This document shows positions 18,951-28,598 of a DNA stretch of 64,000 bases, one piece after another. The stretch is from Fidelibacterota bacterium (lineage in GTDB: Bacteria; Fidelibacterota; UBA2242). Each line of letters begins with the position of its first letter. Within the stretch, counting starts at the first letter, position 1. Under the pieces are notes generated by a model. It made no database searches, was not told where the DNA came from, and saw only the letters and a list, made by a program, of their open reading frames with translations. The stretch spans positions 618-64,617 of the forward strand of contig JAGNGI010000002.1 of the NCBI GenBank assembly GCA_018002295.1, read 5' to 3'. The translations under genes were made by a program, and so were the position numbers.

Positions 18951-19982
18951 TTATTTAATTTCTTCCAGCCAGCCGAATCTATCGGGGACGTCACCAACTT
19001 GATAGGCTGTTAGATATTTATACAGTTTAGTCGTGATTGGACCGGCTTCTTCGCCGTCGGCATAAAATTTATAGAGCTTGCCGCGATGCCCGAGACTGCC
19101 GATCGGTGTGATGACCGCCGCCGTTCCACAGGCACCCGCCTCGGCGAAGTTTTCAATTTCATCAATACTGATGCGGCGCTCCTCCATATTCAGGCCAAAT
19201 TCTTCGCGTGCTACCCTAACTAATGACAGACGGGTAATACTTTCCAGAATTGATTCCGACTTGGGGGTTGCTAAACTGCCATCTTTAAAAACGAAGAAAA
19301 TATTTGACGAACTGATTTCTTCGAAATATTTATGTTCGACGGGATCGAGATAAACGAGTTCATTGTAGCCTTCATCGTGAGCGATTTTTAGTGGCAAGAG
19401 CGAAGCCGAATAATTACCACCGGCTTTAGCCTGACCGACACCGTGCCGGGCTACCCGATCATAATACTCTTCGACTTTCACCTTAATAGTCTGGAATCCG
19501 GATTTGAAATAGGGACCAACCGGGCAAACGAAAACTGAAAAGAGATATTCAGGCGCCGGTTTGACACCGAGATTATCTCCAATGCCGATTTGAAAGGGAC
19601 GAATATATAAAGATGCGCCAGTGCCATAAGGCGGGACATAATCCAGGTTAGCCTTGACCGTTTCGATTACGCCCCTCATAAATAAATCTTCCGGCACCTC
19701 AGCCATTAGTAGGCGGGCGGCTGACCGCCGGAGACGCGCGGCGTTATCCCGCGGGCGGAAAAGCATAACCCGTCCATCACGGGTCCGCTGAGCCTTCATA
19801 CCTTCAAAAACTTCCTGCCCATAGTGCAAACAGGTAGAACCTTCTTCAATGCTGATTTTTTTATCAGTTACTAATTGGCCATCATCCCAATGACCATCTC
19901 TCCAACGCGCCTGAAAACGAAAGGGCGTGTAGGAATATTTGAACTCAAGTTTACTCCATTCGATTGTTTTCGGGTCCATCAT
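18951..19982 (-). CDS. ilvE: Branched-chain amino acid aminotransferase (class IV)
   Basis: 343 aa. GQEVFEGMKA motif (FEGxKA) and an overall BCAT type-II pattern. Confidence 0.85.
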   Translation of the reverse strand: MMDPKTIEWSKLEFKYSYTPFRFQARWRDGHWDDGQLVTDKKISIEEGSTCLHYGQEVFEGMKAQRTRDGRVMLFRPRDNAARLRRSAARLLMAEVPEDLFMRGVIETVKANLDYVPPYGTGASLYIRPFQIGIGDNLGVKPAPEYLFSVFVCPVGPYFKSGFQTIKVKVEEYYDRVARHGVGQAKAGGNYSASLLPLKIAHDEGYNELVYLDPVEHKYFEEISSSNIFFVFKDGSLATPKSESILESITRLSLVRVAREEFGLNMEERRISIDEIENFAEAGACGTAAVITPIGSLGHRGKLYKFYADGEEAGPITTKLYKYLTAYQVGDVPDRFGWLEEIK

Positions 19983-20372
19983 TTTCCTCTTTTTTAATCC
20001 ATTTTATTAGCAAACCTGAACGGCTTGCTTAAGGTAATTTAACCTTCAAATGACACTAATCCTTAATTTTTTTATCAAATGTAATGCCACCAGTCAGTAT
20101 AAATTCGCTAATCTAGCAGGTAAAGGCTGGTTTCATTTGATTTGGAGAATAAATAGCATAATCCTAAAGTCTATATTTTTCCTAAAACTGGCAACAACCA
20201 GCCGGCGATTTATTAGTTTTAGGAATGAATATTTACGGAGATTTTCCGATTTCTACGTATATTCACCAGAGATTTTTATGAAGTATTAAAATTTGGTTAT
20301 GAATTTGCGAACCTACTAGCTCAATGCAAAGCAGTTTTAAAGTTTTGAACTAAATCACCGTAGGAGGTCGTA

Positions 20373-21449
20373 ATGTATAAAAAATTATTTATTCCAGGCC
20401 CAGTTGATGTCCGGCCTGAAGTTTTACAAGCTATGGCGACGCCGATGATCGGACATCGTTCCAAAGATGCTTCCGCTCTGCAACAGCGTATCTCGGAAAA
20501 ATTACAGAAGTTGTTCTTCACTCAGAATCCTATTTTACTTTCGACCTCGTCTGGCACCGGGCTGATGGAAGGCTCAATTCGTTCCTGCACCGCCCAACGG
20601 GCGGTCGTCTTTTCCGTCGGTGCTTTCGGTGATCGCTGGGCGGCTCTGGCAAAAGCCAATAACGTTCCCTGCGATCTGGTTAAAGCGGAACCGGGGTATC
20701 CCACTTTGCCGGAAATAGTTGATCAATATCTCTCGACCGGTAAATACGATGTTTTCACGATTACTCACAACGAAACCTCGACCGGTTTGATGAATCCGGT
20801 AGCTGAAATCGCCGAAGTCAAACGCAAATATCCCGATGTTTACTGGTTAGTGGATGCGGTTTCTTCTATGGGTGGCATTAAAATTCCGGTAGATGAACTC
20901 GGTATTGACGTTTGCATTACCTCGACGCAGAAATGTATTGGTCTGCCGCCCGGGATGGCAATCTGTTCGGTTAGTCAGCGAGCGTTGGAACACGCGCGTA
21001 CCGTACCGTTTCGCGGCGCCTATCTCGATCTTATCGAGCTCTATGATTATTTGATCAAAAAAGATTTTCAATACCCGTCTACTCCTTCTCTGTCGCACAT
21101 GTTCGCTCTGGATTTACAGTTGGACTATATTCTGAATGTCGAGGGTCTGGAAAAGCGTTATGCCCGTCATCGAGAAATGGCTGAAATTACGCGCGCCTGG
21201 GCTAAGGAAAACTTTGCCGTCTTTCCGCAACCCGGCTACGAATCAGTTACCTTGACCACCATTACCAATACCCGCGGTATTTCAATAGCCGATTTGAACA
21301 AGCGGCTTGGTGAAGCCGGTTACCAGATTTCCAATGGCTACGGCGAACTGAAAGAAAAGACCTTCCGCATCGCCCATATGGCTGAACGCACCGTTGATGA
21401 ATTAAGGACTTTATTGAACCTCATTGACACGATAACCGCTAAGATGTAA
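20373..21449 (+). CDS. serC: Class V aminotransferase (phosphoserine / serine-pyruvate aminotransferase family)
   Basis: MYKKLFIPGPVDV N-terminus and a TQKCIGLPPG PLP-lysine region. A GGAGG RBS sits 5 nt upstream. It is followed by a 2-hydroxyacid dehydrogenase and DUF1015. Confidence 0.8.
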   Translation: MYKKLFIPGPVDVRPEVLQAMATPMIGHRSKDASALQQRISEKLQKLFFTQNPILLSTSSGTGLMEGSIRSCTAQRAVVFSVGAFGDRWAALAKANNVPCDLVKAEPGYPTLPEIVDQYLSTGKYDVFTITHNETSTGLMNPVAEIAEVKRKYPDVYWLVDAVSSMGGIKIPVDELGIDVCITSTQKCIGLPPGMAICSVSQRALEHARTVPFRGAYLDLIELYDYLIKKDFQYPSTPSLSHMFALDLQLDYILNVEGLEKRYARHREMAEITRAWAKENFAVFPQPGYESVTLTTITNTRGISIADLNKRLGEAGYQISNGYGELKEKTFRIAHMAERTVDELRTLLNLIDTITAKM

Positions 21450-21472
21450 AATTCTTAGCCAGAAAGGAAAGT

Positions 21473-22372
21473 ATGAAAATATTAATTGCCGACGGTCTGG
21501 ATCAAAAAGCCCAAAATATTCTAAAAGAAGCCGGACTGGAACTGGTTGTCAAACATTACGAAGCCGAAGATCTGATCAAAGTTATTCAAGAATTTGATGG
21601 TATAATTGTGCGCTCAGCTACCAAAGTACCCCAAGTTGTGATTGACGCTGGTAAAAACCTTAAATTCATTGCCCGGGCCGGCACAGGTATAGACAATATT
21701 GATCATCAATATGCTCGGGCTAAAGGAATCGCCGTTCTGAATGCACCCGGTGCTAACTCGCATTCAGTAGCGGAATTAGTCTTTGCCCACCTGCTTGCTC
21801 TGGCACGTTTCATCACTCCCGCCACGATTTCCTTACGCGAAGGTCGCTGGGAAAAGAAAACTTTCGGTAATGGCATTGAATTAGCCGGCAAAACGATCGG
21901 GATAATTGGTTTCGGACGCATCGGTAAAATCGTAGCTCACTTAGCAATTGCCTGGGGAATGCACGTTCTGGTATATGACGTCGCAACAATCAATACCGAA
22001 CCTACCGTAAAGGTAGTCGATTTTGAAACATTAGTAAAGGAATCGGATTTCATTACTCTCCATACTCCCAAAACCGATCAACCGATCATAAACGAAAAAG
22101 AGATCGCTATGATGAAGCGTGGCGTCTATATTATTAATTGTGCCCGCGGCAATGCTATTGATGAAAAGGCACTGTTAGCAGGTTTGAATTCTGGTCAAGT
22201 CGGCGGCGCCGGTCTGGATGTTTTTGCCGCAGAACCGCCGCAAAACATGGAATTACTTCACCATGCGCGGGTCTCCAGCACTCCCCATATTGGCGCGAGC
22301 ACTCTGGAAGCTCAGGAACGCGTCGGCGCGGAAATCGCTCATCGAATCGTGGAGTACATCGGAACCCTGTAG
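21473..22372 (+). CDS. serA: D-isomer-specific 2-hydroxyacid dehydrogenase (3-phosphoglycerate dehydrogenase-like, short form)
   Basis: NAD-binding GKTIGIIGFGRIGK motif and a catalytic-domain pattern (NCARGNAID...HIGAST). Confidence 0.75.
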   Translation: MKILIADGLDQKAQNILKEAGLELVVKHYEAEDLIKVIQEFDGIIVRSATKVPQVVIDAGKNLKFIARAGTGIDNIDHQYARAKGIAVLNAPGANSHSVAELVFAHLLALARFITPATISLREGRWEKKTFGNGIELAGKTIGIIGFGRIGKIVAHLAIAWGMHVLVYDVATINTEPTVKVVDFETLVKESDFITLHTPKTDQPIINEKEIAMMKRGVYIINCARGNAIDEKALLAGLNSGQVGGAGLDVFAAEPPQNMELLHHARVSSTPHIGASTLEAQERVGAEIAHRIVEYIGTL

Positions 22373-22380
22373 GAATTTAT

Positions 22381-23631
22381 ATGGTAAAAATCAAACCATT
22401 CCGTGGCATCCGGCCGGTTAAAGAATTGGTGGACAAAATCGCCGCTCCGCCTTATGATGTCATAAATTTTGAAGAAGCCCGAAGTCTTGCCGCCGACAAT
22501 CCATATTCTTTCCTGCATGTCAGCAGAGCGGAGATAGATTTACCACCGGAAACCGATCCCTATGATGAAAAAGTCTATCAGAAAGCTCGCGAAAATTTAG
22601 AGGCAATGCTTGCCAAAGGCTGGTTCTTTCAGGATGCGACCGAAATGCTATATATCTATCGCCAAATAATGGATAAACATAGCCAGTATGGATTGATTAC
22701 CACCGCTAACGTCAATGACTATCTTAAGGGAAAAATCAAAATCCACGAACTGACTCGCCAGGATAAGGAAATGGATCGGACCAAGCATCTCGAATATACT
22801 AATGTCAATACCGGTCCGGTATTTTTGACTTATCAGGCTAAACCGGTCATTGACACCATTATCCACCAAATTGTAACTGAAAGCCAGCCGGAATACGATT
22901 TTACTGCTGTGGATGGAATCCAGCATACATTCTGGCTGGTCAACGACCGCGAAACCATCCTCAAGTTAGTCAATCATTTCAGCCAGCTCCCGCATTGCTA
23001 TATTGCTGACGGTCATCATCGCGCCAAATCAGCCGTTTCAGTTGCGAAGATGCGGCGCGAACGCAATCCGCACCATACCGGCAATGAGGAATATAACTGG
23101 TTTTTAGCTGCCTTTTTCCCACATAATCAGCTTCGTACTCTCGAATATAATCGCACTGTAAAGGATTTAAATAATTTGACTGAAGAGGAATTTCTCACGA
23201 AAGTCGGAGAGAAATTCATTATCAAACCAGCCGAATGTGCCATCTGCGCCAAGCCTTCCGCACCCAACCAGTTCGCTATGTATCTAAACAAGCATTGGTA
23301 CACTCTTATTGCAAAACCAGGAACTTTCGATGCCACTGATCCAGTTGCCAGCTTAGACGTGGCGATTCTGCAAAATAATCTGCTCAAGCCGGTGCTCGGA
23401 ATTGACGATCCACGCACCGATAAACGCCTTGATTTTAGCGGTGGAATCCGCGGCTTGGAAGAACTCGAAAAACGCGTTGATTCTGGTGAAATGGCGGTGG
23501 CATTTGCCCTTTATCCGACTTCGATCGAACAATTGATGACGATTGCCGATGCTGGGAAAATTATGCCGCCTAAATCCACTTGGTTCGAACCCAAATTAAG
23601 AAGCGGGCTAGTGCTCCATTCGCTGGATTAA
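22381..23631 (+). CDS. DUF1015 family protein
   Basis: N-terminal M-KIKPFRGIRP...APPYDVI is characteristic of DUF1015. It sits in the classic position next to serC/serA homologues. Confidence 0.65.
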   Translation: MVKIKPFRGIRPVKELVDKIAAPPYDVINFEEARSLAADNPYSFLHVSRAEIDLPPETDPYDEKVYQKARENLEAMLAKGWFFQDATEMLYIYRQIMDKHSQYGLITTANVNDYLKGKIKIHELTRQDKEMDRTKHLEYTNVNTGPVFLTYQAKPVIDTIIHQIVTESQPEYDFTAVDGIQHTFWLVNDRETILKLVNHFSQLPHCYIADGHHRAKSAVSVAKMRRERNPHHTGNEEYNWFLAAFFPHNQLRTLEYNRTVKDLNNLTEEEFLTKVGEKFIIKPAECAICAKPSAPNQFAMYLNKHWYTLIAKPGTFDATDPVASLDVAILQNNLLKPVLGIDDPRTDKRLDFSGGIRGLEELEKRVDSGEMAVAFALYPTSIEQLMTIADAGKIMPPKSTWFEPKLRSGLVLHSLD

Positions 23632-23743
23632 AATTTTTATTCCTATTTTGTCCGTTCTATTACTCGCCGATTAAAGAGCAAACATGCCATCATTTGCATT
23701 TCGTAATCAGTGCTGTAAATTCGACCGCTATTGAAGCAATTTT

Positions 23744-24655
23744 ATGGAGCTATCTATGAAAAGAGCTATCTATATCACAATTTCACTGGCTTTGGTCATC
23801 AGTGTATTTATTTCCGAATTGTTGGGTGAGGGAAAGCCGTTTTATCAAATGAGTAATCAAGAAATTGATAGCCTTTTAACGATTGTCAGCGTTCGGAATC
23901 TGACCATTACTGACCGGATGAGTCTTTACTCCGAAAAATTTCTCGGTATGCCCTACAATCAAAATTGCACTGGCGACGGCCCGTATGCCCTTTATGAACC
24001 CTGGCCATTAGTTAATTTCAAAGAAACTAATTGTATGGTTTTTTGTGAACATGTATTGGCGCTCTCGATTTCTGATAGCTGGGACAATTCTTTCAATAAT
24101 CTCCAGCAAATTCGGTATAAGGATGGCATTATCGGTATGCGCACCCGTAATCATTATACAATGGCTGATTGGTTACCCGAAAACGGCTGGCTATTGGAAG
24201 ACGTCTCACATCAAGTGGGTGGACAATACATTCGACAAACGACTCGCACAATTTCACATCGCAAATTTTTCGAGGATAAAGGCATTGCCGATTTGCGCTA
24301 TGTCAAGCCTGACCGTACTATTACCCTCGAATATTTGCCCAAGGAATATCTGTTTAAAGTCGAAAATAACATCTGCAACGGCGATATTCTGGTGTTAATT
24401 TTCGCCAACAAAAGCGACATTTTTTCAGCGCATATGCTTATCTCAGTAGTTAAAAATGGAAAACTGTTCATTCGCGAATCTTCCAGCCGTAAAATGACTA
24501 CTTGCGAAACCCCATTTACGGAATGGGGCAAATCCATTCAATCCCAAGACCAATACGCTGGATTATGTTTTATACGGATTCGCGCCGAATTGAACACACC
24601 CGGCCGCATCATATTGCCGTGGGAAATCACCGAGTTGAAGAAAAATCACGAATAA
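23744..24655 (+). CDS. Secreted hypothetical protein (possibly DUF1460-like)
   Basis: Signal peptide (MKRAIYITISLALVISVFISE). A conserved Cys/His-containing core (CMVFCEHVLAL) is present. My recall of the family is weak. Confidence 0.4.
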   Translation: MELSMKRAIYITISLALVISVFISELLGEGKPFYQMSNQEIDSLLTIVSVRNLTITDRMSLYSEKFLGMPYNQNCTGDGPYALYEPWPLVNFKETNCMVFCEHVLALSISDSWDNSFNNLQQIRYKDGIIGMRTRNHYTMADWLPENGWLLEDVSHQVGGQYIRQTTRTISHRKFFEDKGIADLRYVKPDRTITLEYLPKEYLFKVENNICNGDILVLIFANKSDIFSAHMLISVVKNGKLFIRESSSRKMTTCETPFTEWGKSIQSQDQYAGLCFIRIRAELNTPGRIILPWEITELKKNHE

Positions 24656-24742
24656 GATTACAAAGCCCATTGATACTTATACCCCCGTCGAATACTGACG
24701 GATAATAAAATGGACAAGGTGAATAATTAAACGTTATGAAAA

Positions 24743-25408
24743 TCAGCTCACAAACTGATTCAGATACTCGACCGCCTGTTGGGGATTGGGTGAGTAAAAA
24801 TCCGCACCGATTTGGGCACAGAATTCTTCGGTAACCGGTGCGCCTCCAATTAATACCTTAGTAGTTGGAAAAGTTTCTCTGATCGCCGACACAATTTTTC
24901 CCATATTTAACATGGTAGTGGTTAGTAAGGCGCTAAGTCCAACAAAACAACCGGGGTGTTGTTCAACAGCACTTAAAAACTTTTGAGTGGAAACATCGGT
25001 GCCCAGATCAATAACCTCAAAACCGCCGCCTCTTACGATCATAGCTACCAGATTTTTACCGATGTCGTGCAAATCGCCAGCGACGGTGCCGATTACAAAT
25101 TTCCCTTTGCGCTTAACCGAACCGGCTTCCAGATAAGGTTGCAAATGTTTCAAGACGGCATTCATTGCTTGGGCGGCAACCAGTAAATGTGGCACAAAAA
25201 CCAGATTTTCGCTGAATTTTTTCCCAATCCGTTCCATTCCCAGCATAGAAGCCTGCAGTAAAACATCCGGCGGGACGCCTTCTTTCAAAGCCGCGGCGGC
25301 AATTTCATCAGCGCCGTCTTGATCTTTCATATCTGGCGGAAAGGGGTGATTGCGTGAAATTTTCCCCTTTTCGACACAGAGCGCGATTTTCTCAATAATA
25401 TCCTGCAT
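24743..25408 (-). CDS. Cobalamin-binding corrinoid protein (methyltransferase-cognate, MtbC/MtgC-like)
   Basis: B12-binding DxHxxG motif (GDLHDIGKNLV) and a Rossmann-like B12 domain, with an N-terminal helical cap. Confidence 0.8.
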   Translation of the reverse strand: MQDIIEKIALCVEKGKISRNHPFPPDMKDQDGADEIAAAALKEGVPPDVLLQASMLGMERIGKKFSENLVFVPHLLVAAQAMNAVLKHLQPYLEAGSVKRKGKFVIGTVAGDLHDIGKNLVAMIVRGGGFEVIDLGTDVSTQKFLSAVEQHPGCFVGLSALLTTTMLNMGKIVSAIRETFPTTKVLIGGAPVTEEFCAQIGADFYSPNPQQAVEYLNQFVS

Positions 25409-25425
25409 TATCTAACTCCTTAGTT

Positions 25426-26316
25426 TTAATTGCATAGACCAGCCTCTTTCAGTACAGTTGGCATAATACTTTCCCACATAAAAGGCATAATATGAACTCC
25501 GCGAACTCCCTTGATATTTTTAACCGTCTGGATAATTTCTACGGCAATTTTAATGCCTTCAGCCTGCGGATCGGCGGCTTTTTCCATCCGTCGAATATAT
25601 ACATCATTAATTTTAACGCCGGGAACGTCTTCTCGCATATGTAGTAAAGTATTGACAGATTTTACTGGCATAACACCAGCCAAGATAGCGACTTTTTCAT
25701 GCAATCCCATTTCCACTACTTTTTCCATCCAGCGAATGAAGAGCTCCGGATCGAAAACCGGCTGGGTTTGAATAAAGTTTACCCCGGCTTTGACTTTTTT
25801 ATAAAGACGAATCAGACGCATTTCAAAAGGCACGGCAAAAGGATTTGCCGCCCCGCCAATCAAAAATTCCGGCGCTTTTTTCATTTCACGACCGGAGAGT
25901 AAATAACCTGAATTCATTTGGGCTACAGTGGCTATCAGTTGAATCGAATCCAGATCGAACACACCCTTGGCTTCTGGGTTATCGCCTAATTTTTGGTAAT
26001 CGCCGGTCAGGCACAGCACATTTCGAATACCGAGAGCCGCCGCCCCCAGCAGGTCGCTTTGAATCGCCAATCGGTTGCGGTCGCGGCAGGTCATTTGAAT
26101 AATCGGTTCAACTCCCTCATCCAGCAATATTTTAGCCGAAGCAATGCTCGACAGACGCGGGATGGCAGTTTGGTTATCGGTAATATTGACAGCATCGGCG
26201 ATTCCCTTGAAATACTGAGCTTTTCTCCGAATCACATCGCCGTCACTGCTCTGCGGCGGACCAATCTCGCCGCACACGATAAATTTTCCGGAATTAATTT
26301 TTTCTCTGAGTGTCAT
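25426..26316 (-). CDS. metF: 5,10-methylenetetrahydrofolate reductase
   Basis: 296 aa TIM-barrel MTHFR pattern (CGEIGPP..., LCLTGD, GGAANPF). Its start overlaps the MetV-like gene by 23 nt. Confidence 0.8.
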   Translation of the reverse strand: MTLREKINSGKFIVCGEIGPPQSSDGDVIRRKAQYFKGIADAVNITDNQTAIPRLSSIASAKILLDEGVEPIIQMTCRDRNRLAIQSDLLGAAALGIRNVLCLTGDYQKLGDNPEAKGVFDLDSIQLIATVAQMNSGYLLSGREMKKAPEFLIGGAANPFAVPFEMRLIRLYKKVKAGVNFIQTQPVFDPELFIRWMEKVVEMGLHEKVAILAGVMPVKSVNTLLHMREDVPGVKINDVYIRRMEKAADPQAEGIKIAVEIIQTVKNIKGVRGVHIMPFMWESIMPTVLKEAGLCN

Positions 26317-26737
26317 TAATATTCTCTATATCTAAATTCTTAGGAACAAATAGAACCAAGCCTTCGATGCGTTTTCTAAATACATTCAGCCAGGCGGAAG
26401 TATGTTCCAGATTCCAGTTGTGAATTCGATTAATTTTATACAAAAGTTTGATGCGCCCTAATAACTTTGATCGTCGGTATATCCGATACCAGATACATTT
26501 GCGTTCGGGAAAAACCTCACAGTGGCCGTCATCTCGCGTGCCGCCGCACGGACCATTGCGCAGTCGCTTGGGACAGCGTTGAGAACAGACAAACCCAGTT
26601 GACGAAAGCAGACATTCGCCGCAATGCTGACAATGAAATACGGGGACTTTTATAAGGTCTTCAAAAAAGAGCATGAAGCGTGATAACTTGCGCTCGCGAG
26701 CAGATATTGGCGGTTTATCGAAAGTTACTAAATCCAT
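26294..26737 (-). CDS. metV: MetV-like methylene-THF reductase zinc-ribbon/Cys-rich small subunit (MTHFR_C)
   Basis: 147 aa. Cys-rich segment HCQHCGECLLSSTGFVCSQRCPKRLRNGPCGG. It sits immediately upstream of metF, as in acetogen metVF pairs. Confidence 0.65.
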   Translation of the reverse strand: MDLVTFDKPPISARERKLSRFMLFFEDLIKVPVFHCQHCGECLLSSTGFVCSQRCPKRLRNGPCGGTRDDGHCEVFPERKCIWYRIYRRSKLLGRIKLLYKINRIHNWNLEHTSAWLNVFRKRIEGLVLFVPKNLDIENINDTQRKN

Positions 26738-26778
26738 ATTTTCCCTTTTTGAAAATTCGACTTAACGGTTATTAAGAA

Positions 26779-27651
26779 TCAGGCTATAAAGTTCATAATT
26801 TGCAAGACGGCATTTAATCCGTCGGATACCAGAATATTTTTCAAACATTGTACCGCCGGATGGTCATCCGGAAGAATCTCGTATTTACGTTTTACCGAAC
26901 CGACGATAAAATTCAAACCCAGCGGCATCGCCAGTGTCAAAAAAGCGCTTTCCAGCGGACTTTTCACCGGCGAGCCGTCGGACTTTTTTGAGGGCAACAT
27001 AACGGTAAAGTTGCTCAAACCAACCGACATATTAATACCAGCCAGGTCAGGATCCTGATGAATCATTTCCATTACTTTCATCAGTCTCTTGAAATTGCCC
27101 TCCATATCACTGCCGATCGGGGCAATGCCCGGATCGAGGATAAGGCGATTATTGGCTACTCCCTGAATCCTTTCCCGGGCAATTTCTACTAAAGATTTTG
27201 CCGTGGAATAATTCTGTTCGGGTGTTTTATTCATAACGATTTCGCCCGACTCATTTTTTCCTTCAGTAATGAGTAAAATGGGAATGAAGGGCTGTTTGGA
27301 GTATAAATCAAAAATTTCCAGACGAGCTTCTGAAATTGAATTCAGGACTGGCAAACGATTACCAGCCAGTTTAGGATTGTAGGCTTCCAGACCTGCGAGA
27401 GCGATTTCCGGATCTGGCGTATCAATTGATAAAGGAACGGAAACGTGCTGTTGGATTTTTTGGACGACCTCCGCCATAAAAGCAGGTGAACGCCGACCGA
27501 CATTCACGTCAATATAAGCCGCTCCCTTTTCAGCCTGGAAACGAGCCAGTCCAACGATACCATCCAGGTCGTTCGCCTGAAAAAGATCGTGAGTCGAAGG
27601 CACCGAATCGTTAATTGATTCACCGATAATAGTCAGTCCTGGGATACCCAT
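26779..27651 (-). CDS. Methyltetrahydrofolate:corrinoid methyltransferase (pterin-binding, AcsE/MtrH-like)
   Basis: IIGESIN, IDVNVG, LSIDTPD and VGLSNFTV motifs align with the pterin-binding DHPS-like fold of AcsE/MtrH. Confidence 0.7.
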   Translation of the reverse strand: MGIPGLTIIGESINDSVPSTHDLFQANDLDGIVGLARFQAEKGAAYIDVNVGRRSPAFMAEVVQKIQQHVSVPLSIDTPDPEIALAGLEAYNPKLAGNRLPVLNSISEARLEIFDLYSKQPFIPILLITEGKNESGEIVMNKTPEQNYSTAKSLVEIARERIQGVANNRLILDPGIAPIGSDMEGNFKRLMKVMEMIHQDPDLAGINMSVGLSNFTVMLPSKKSDGSPVKSPLESAFLTLAMPLGLNFIVGSVKRKYEILPDDHPAVQCLKNILVSDGLNAVLQIMNFIA

Positions 27652-27863
27652 TTATAAAGACCTTTCATTTTATAGTAAATTCATAGCCGCTATTTTCAAC
27701 ATTTCAACTGTTTTTTCCAAGGATTAATTACTGTGTTCGTTACAGAGAATTTTATTCAAAGAATGGGAGCTTCGTTGTATTTAGGAACATTATAAAGCCC
27801 TCCCTGCTCTCATTCCAATCTTACCGCACCGACTCAAATAATCTGATGCTCATCGTCGAAGAT

Positions 27864-28565
27864 TCAATGATTCTTAAACTGTTTACTTTCCTGAACTATC
27901 TGTACCCCGGCGCTGGTTCCGATGCGGTTGGCGCCCGCTTCGATCATCAATATAGCATCGGAGTAAGTGCGAATGCCGCCAGCCGCTTTGACTCCCATCT
28001 GGTTACCGACAATGCTTCGTATCAGGCGCACATCTTCGACTGTTGCCCCGTATTTACTGAAACCGGTCGAAGTTTTTACAAAATGAGCACCGGCTTTGAG
28101 CGCCAGATGACAAGCCAGTTTTTTTTCTTCGTCAGTTAGAAGTGCGGTTTCAATAATCACTTTCACCAAATTCCCATCAGCCGCGTCCACAACGGCATGA
28201 ATGTCATCTTCGACGTATTCCAAATCACTGGCTTTCAGGCGACCGATATTGATGACCATATCGAACTCGGTGGCGCCATGATTTAGCGCTTGCTCCACTT
28301 CAGCGGCTTTGATTTCCATCGTATTAGCACCCAGCGGAAAGCCGATTACGGTCGCTACAGCGACTTTAGAATTATAGAGGCAATTGGCACACAATTCCAC
28401 GAAGGATGGGTTGACGCATACGGTTGCAAACTGATATTTCAGAGCTTCTTCGCAAAGGCGAACGATATCGTTCGGCGTCGCTTCCGGTTTCAACAAAGTA
28501 TGGTCTATTAAATGCGCGATAGCGAGGCGCGCTTCTTCGGGATTAATTATCGAGGCATAAGTCAT
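27864..28565 (-). CDS. deoC: Deoxyribose-phosphate aldolase
   Basis: 233 aa. [12 protein letters not shown]...VCVNP and a KAAGGIRT Schiff-base lysine region. Confidence 0.85.
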   Translation of the reverse strand: MTYASIINPEEARLAIAHLIDHTLLKPEATPNDIVRLCEEALKYQFATVCVNPSFVELCANCLYNSKVAVATVIGFPLGANTMEIKAAEVEQALNHGATEFDMVINIGRLKASDLEYVEDDIHAVVDAADGNLVKVIIETALLTDEEKKLACHLALKAGAHFVKTSTGFSKYGATVEDVRLIRSIVGNQMGVKAAGGIRTYSDAILMIEAGANRIGTSAGVQIVQESKQFKNH

Positions 28566-28598
28566 GATAATTTCCTTATTAATTTAAATATATTAGCT

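Noticed and set aside
20050-20289. 79-aa ORF in the divergent ilvE/serC intergenic region
   Set aside because: AT-rich promoter region. The translation is low-complexity with no start context.
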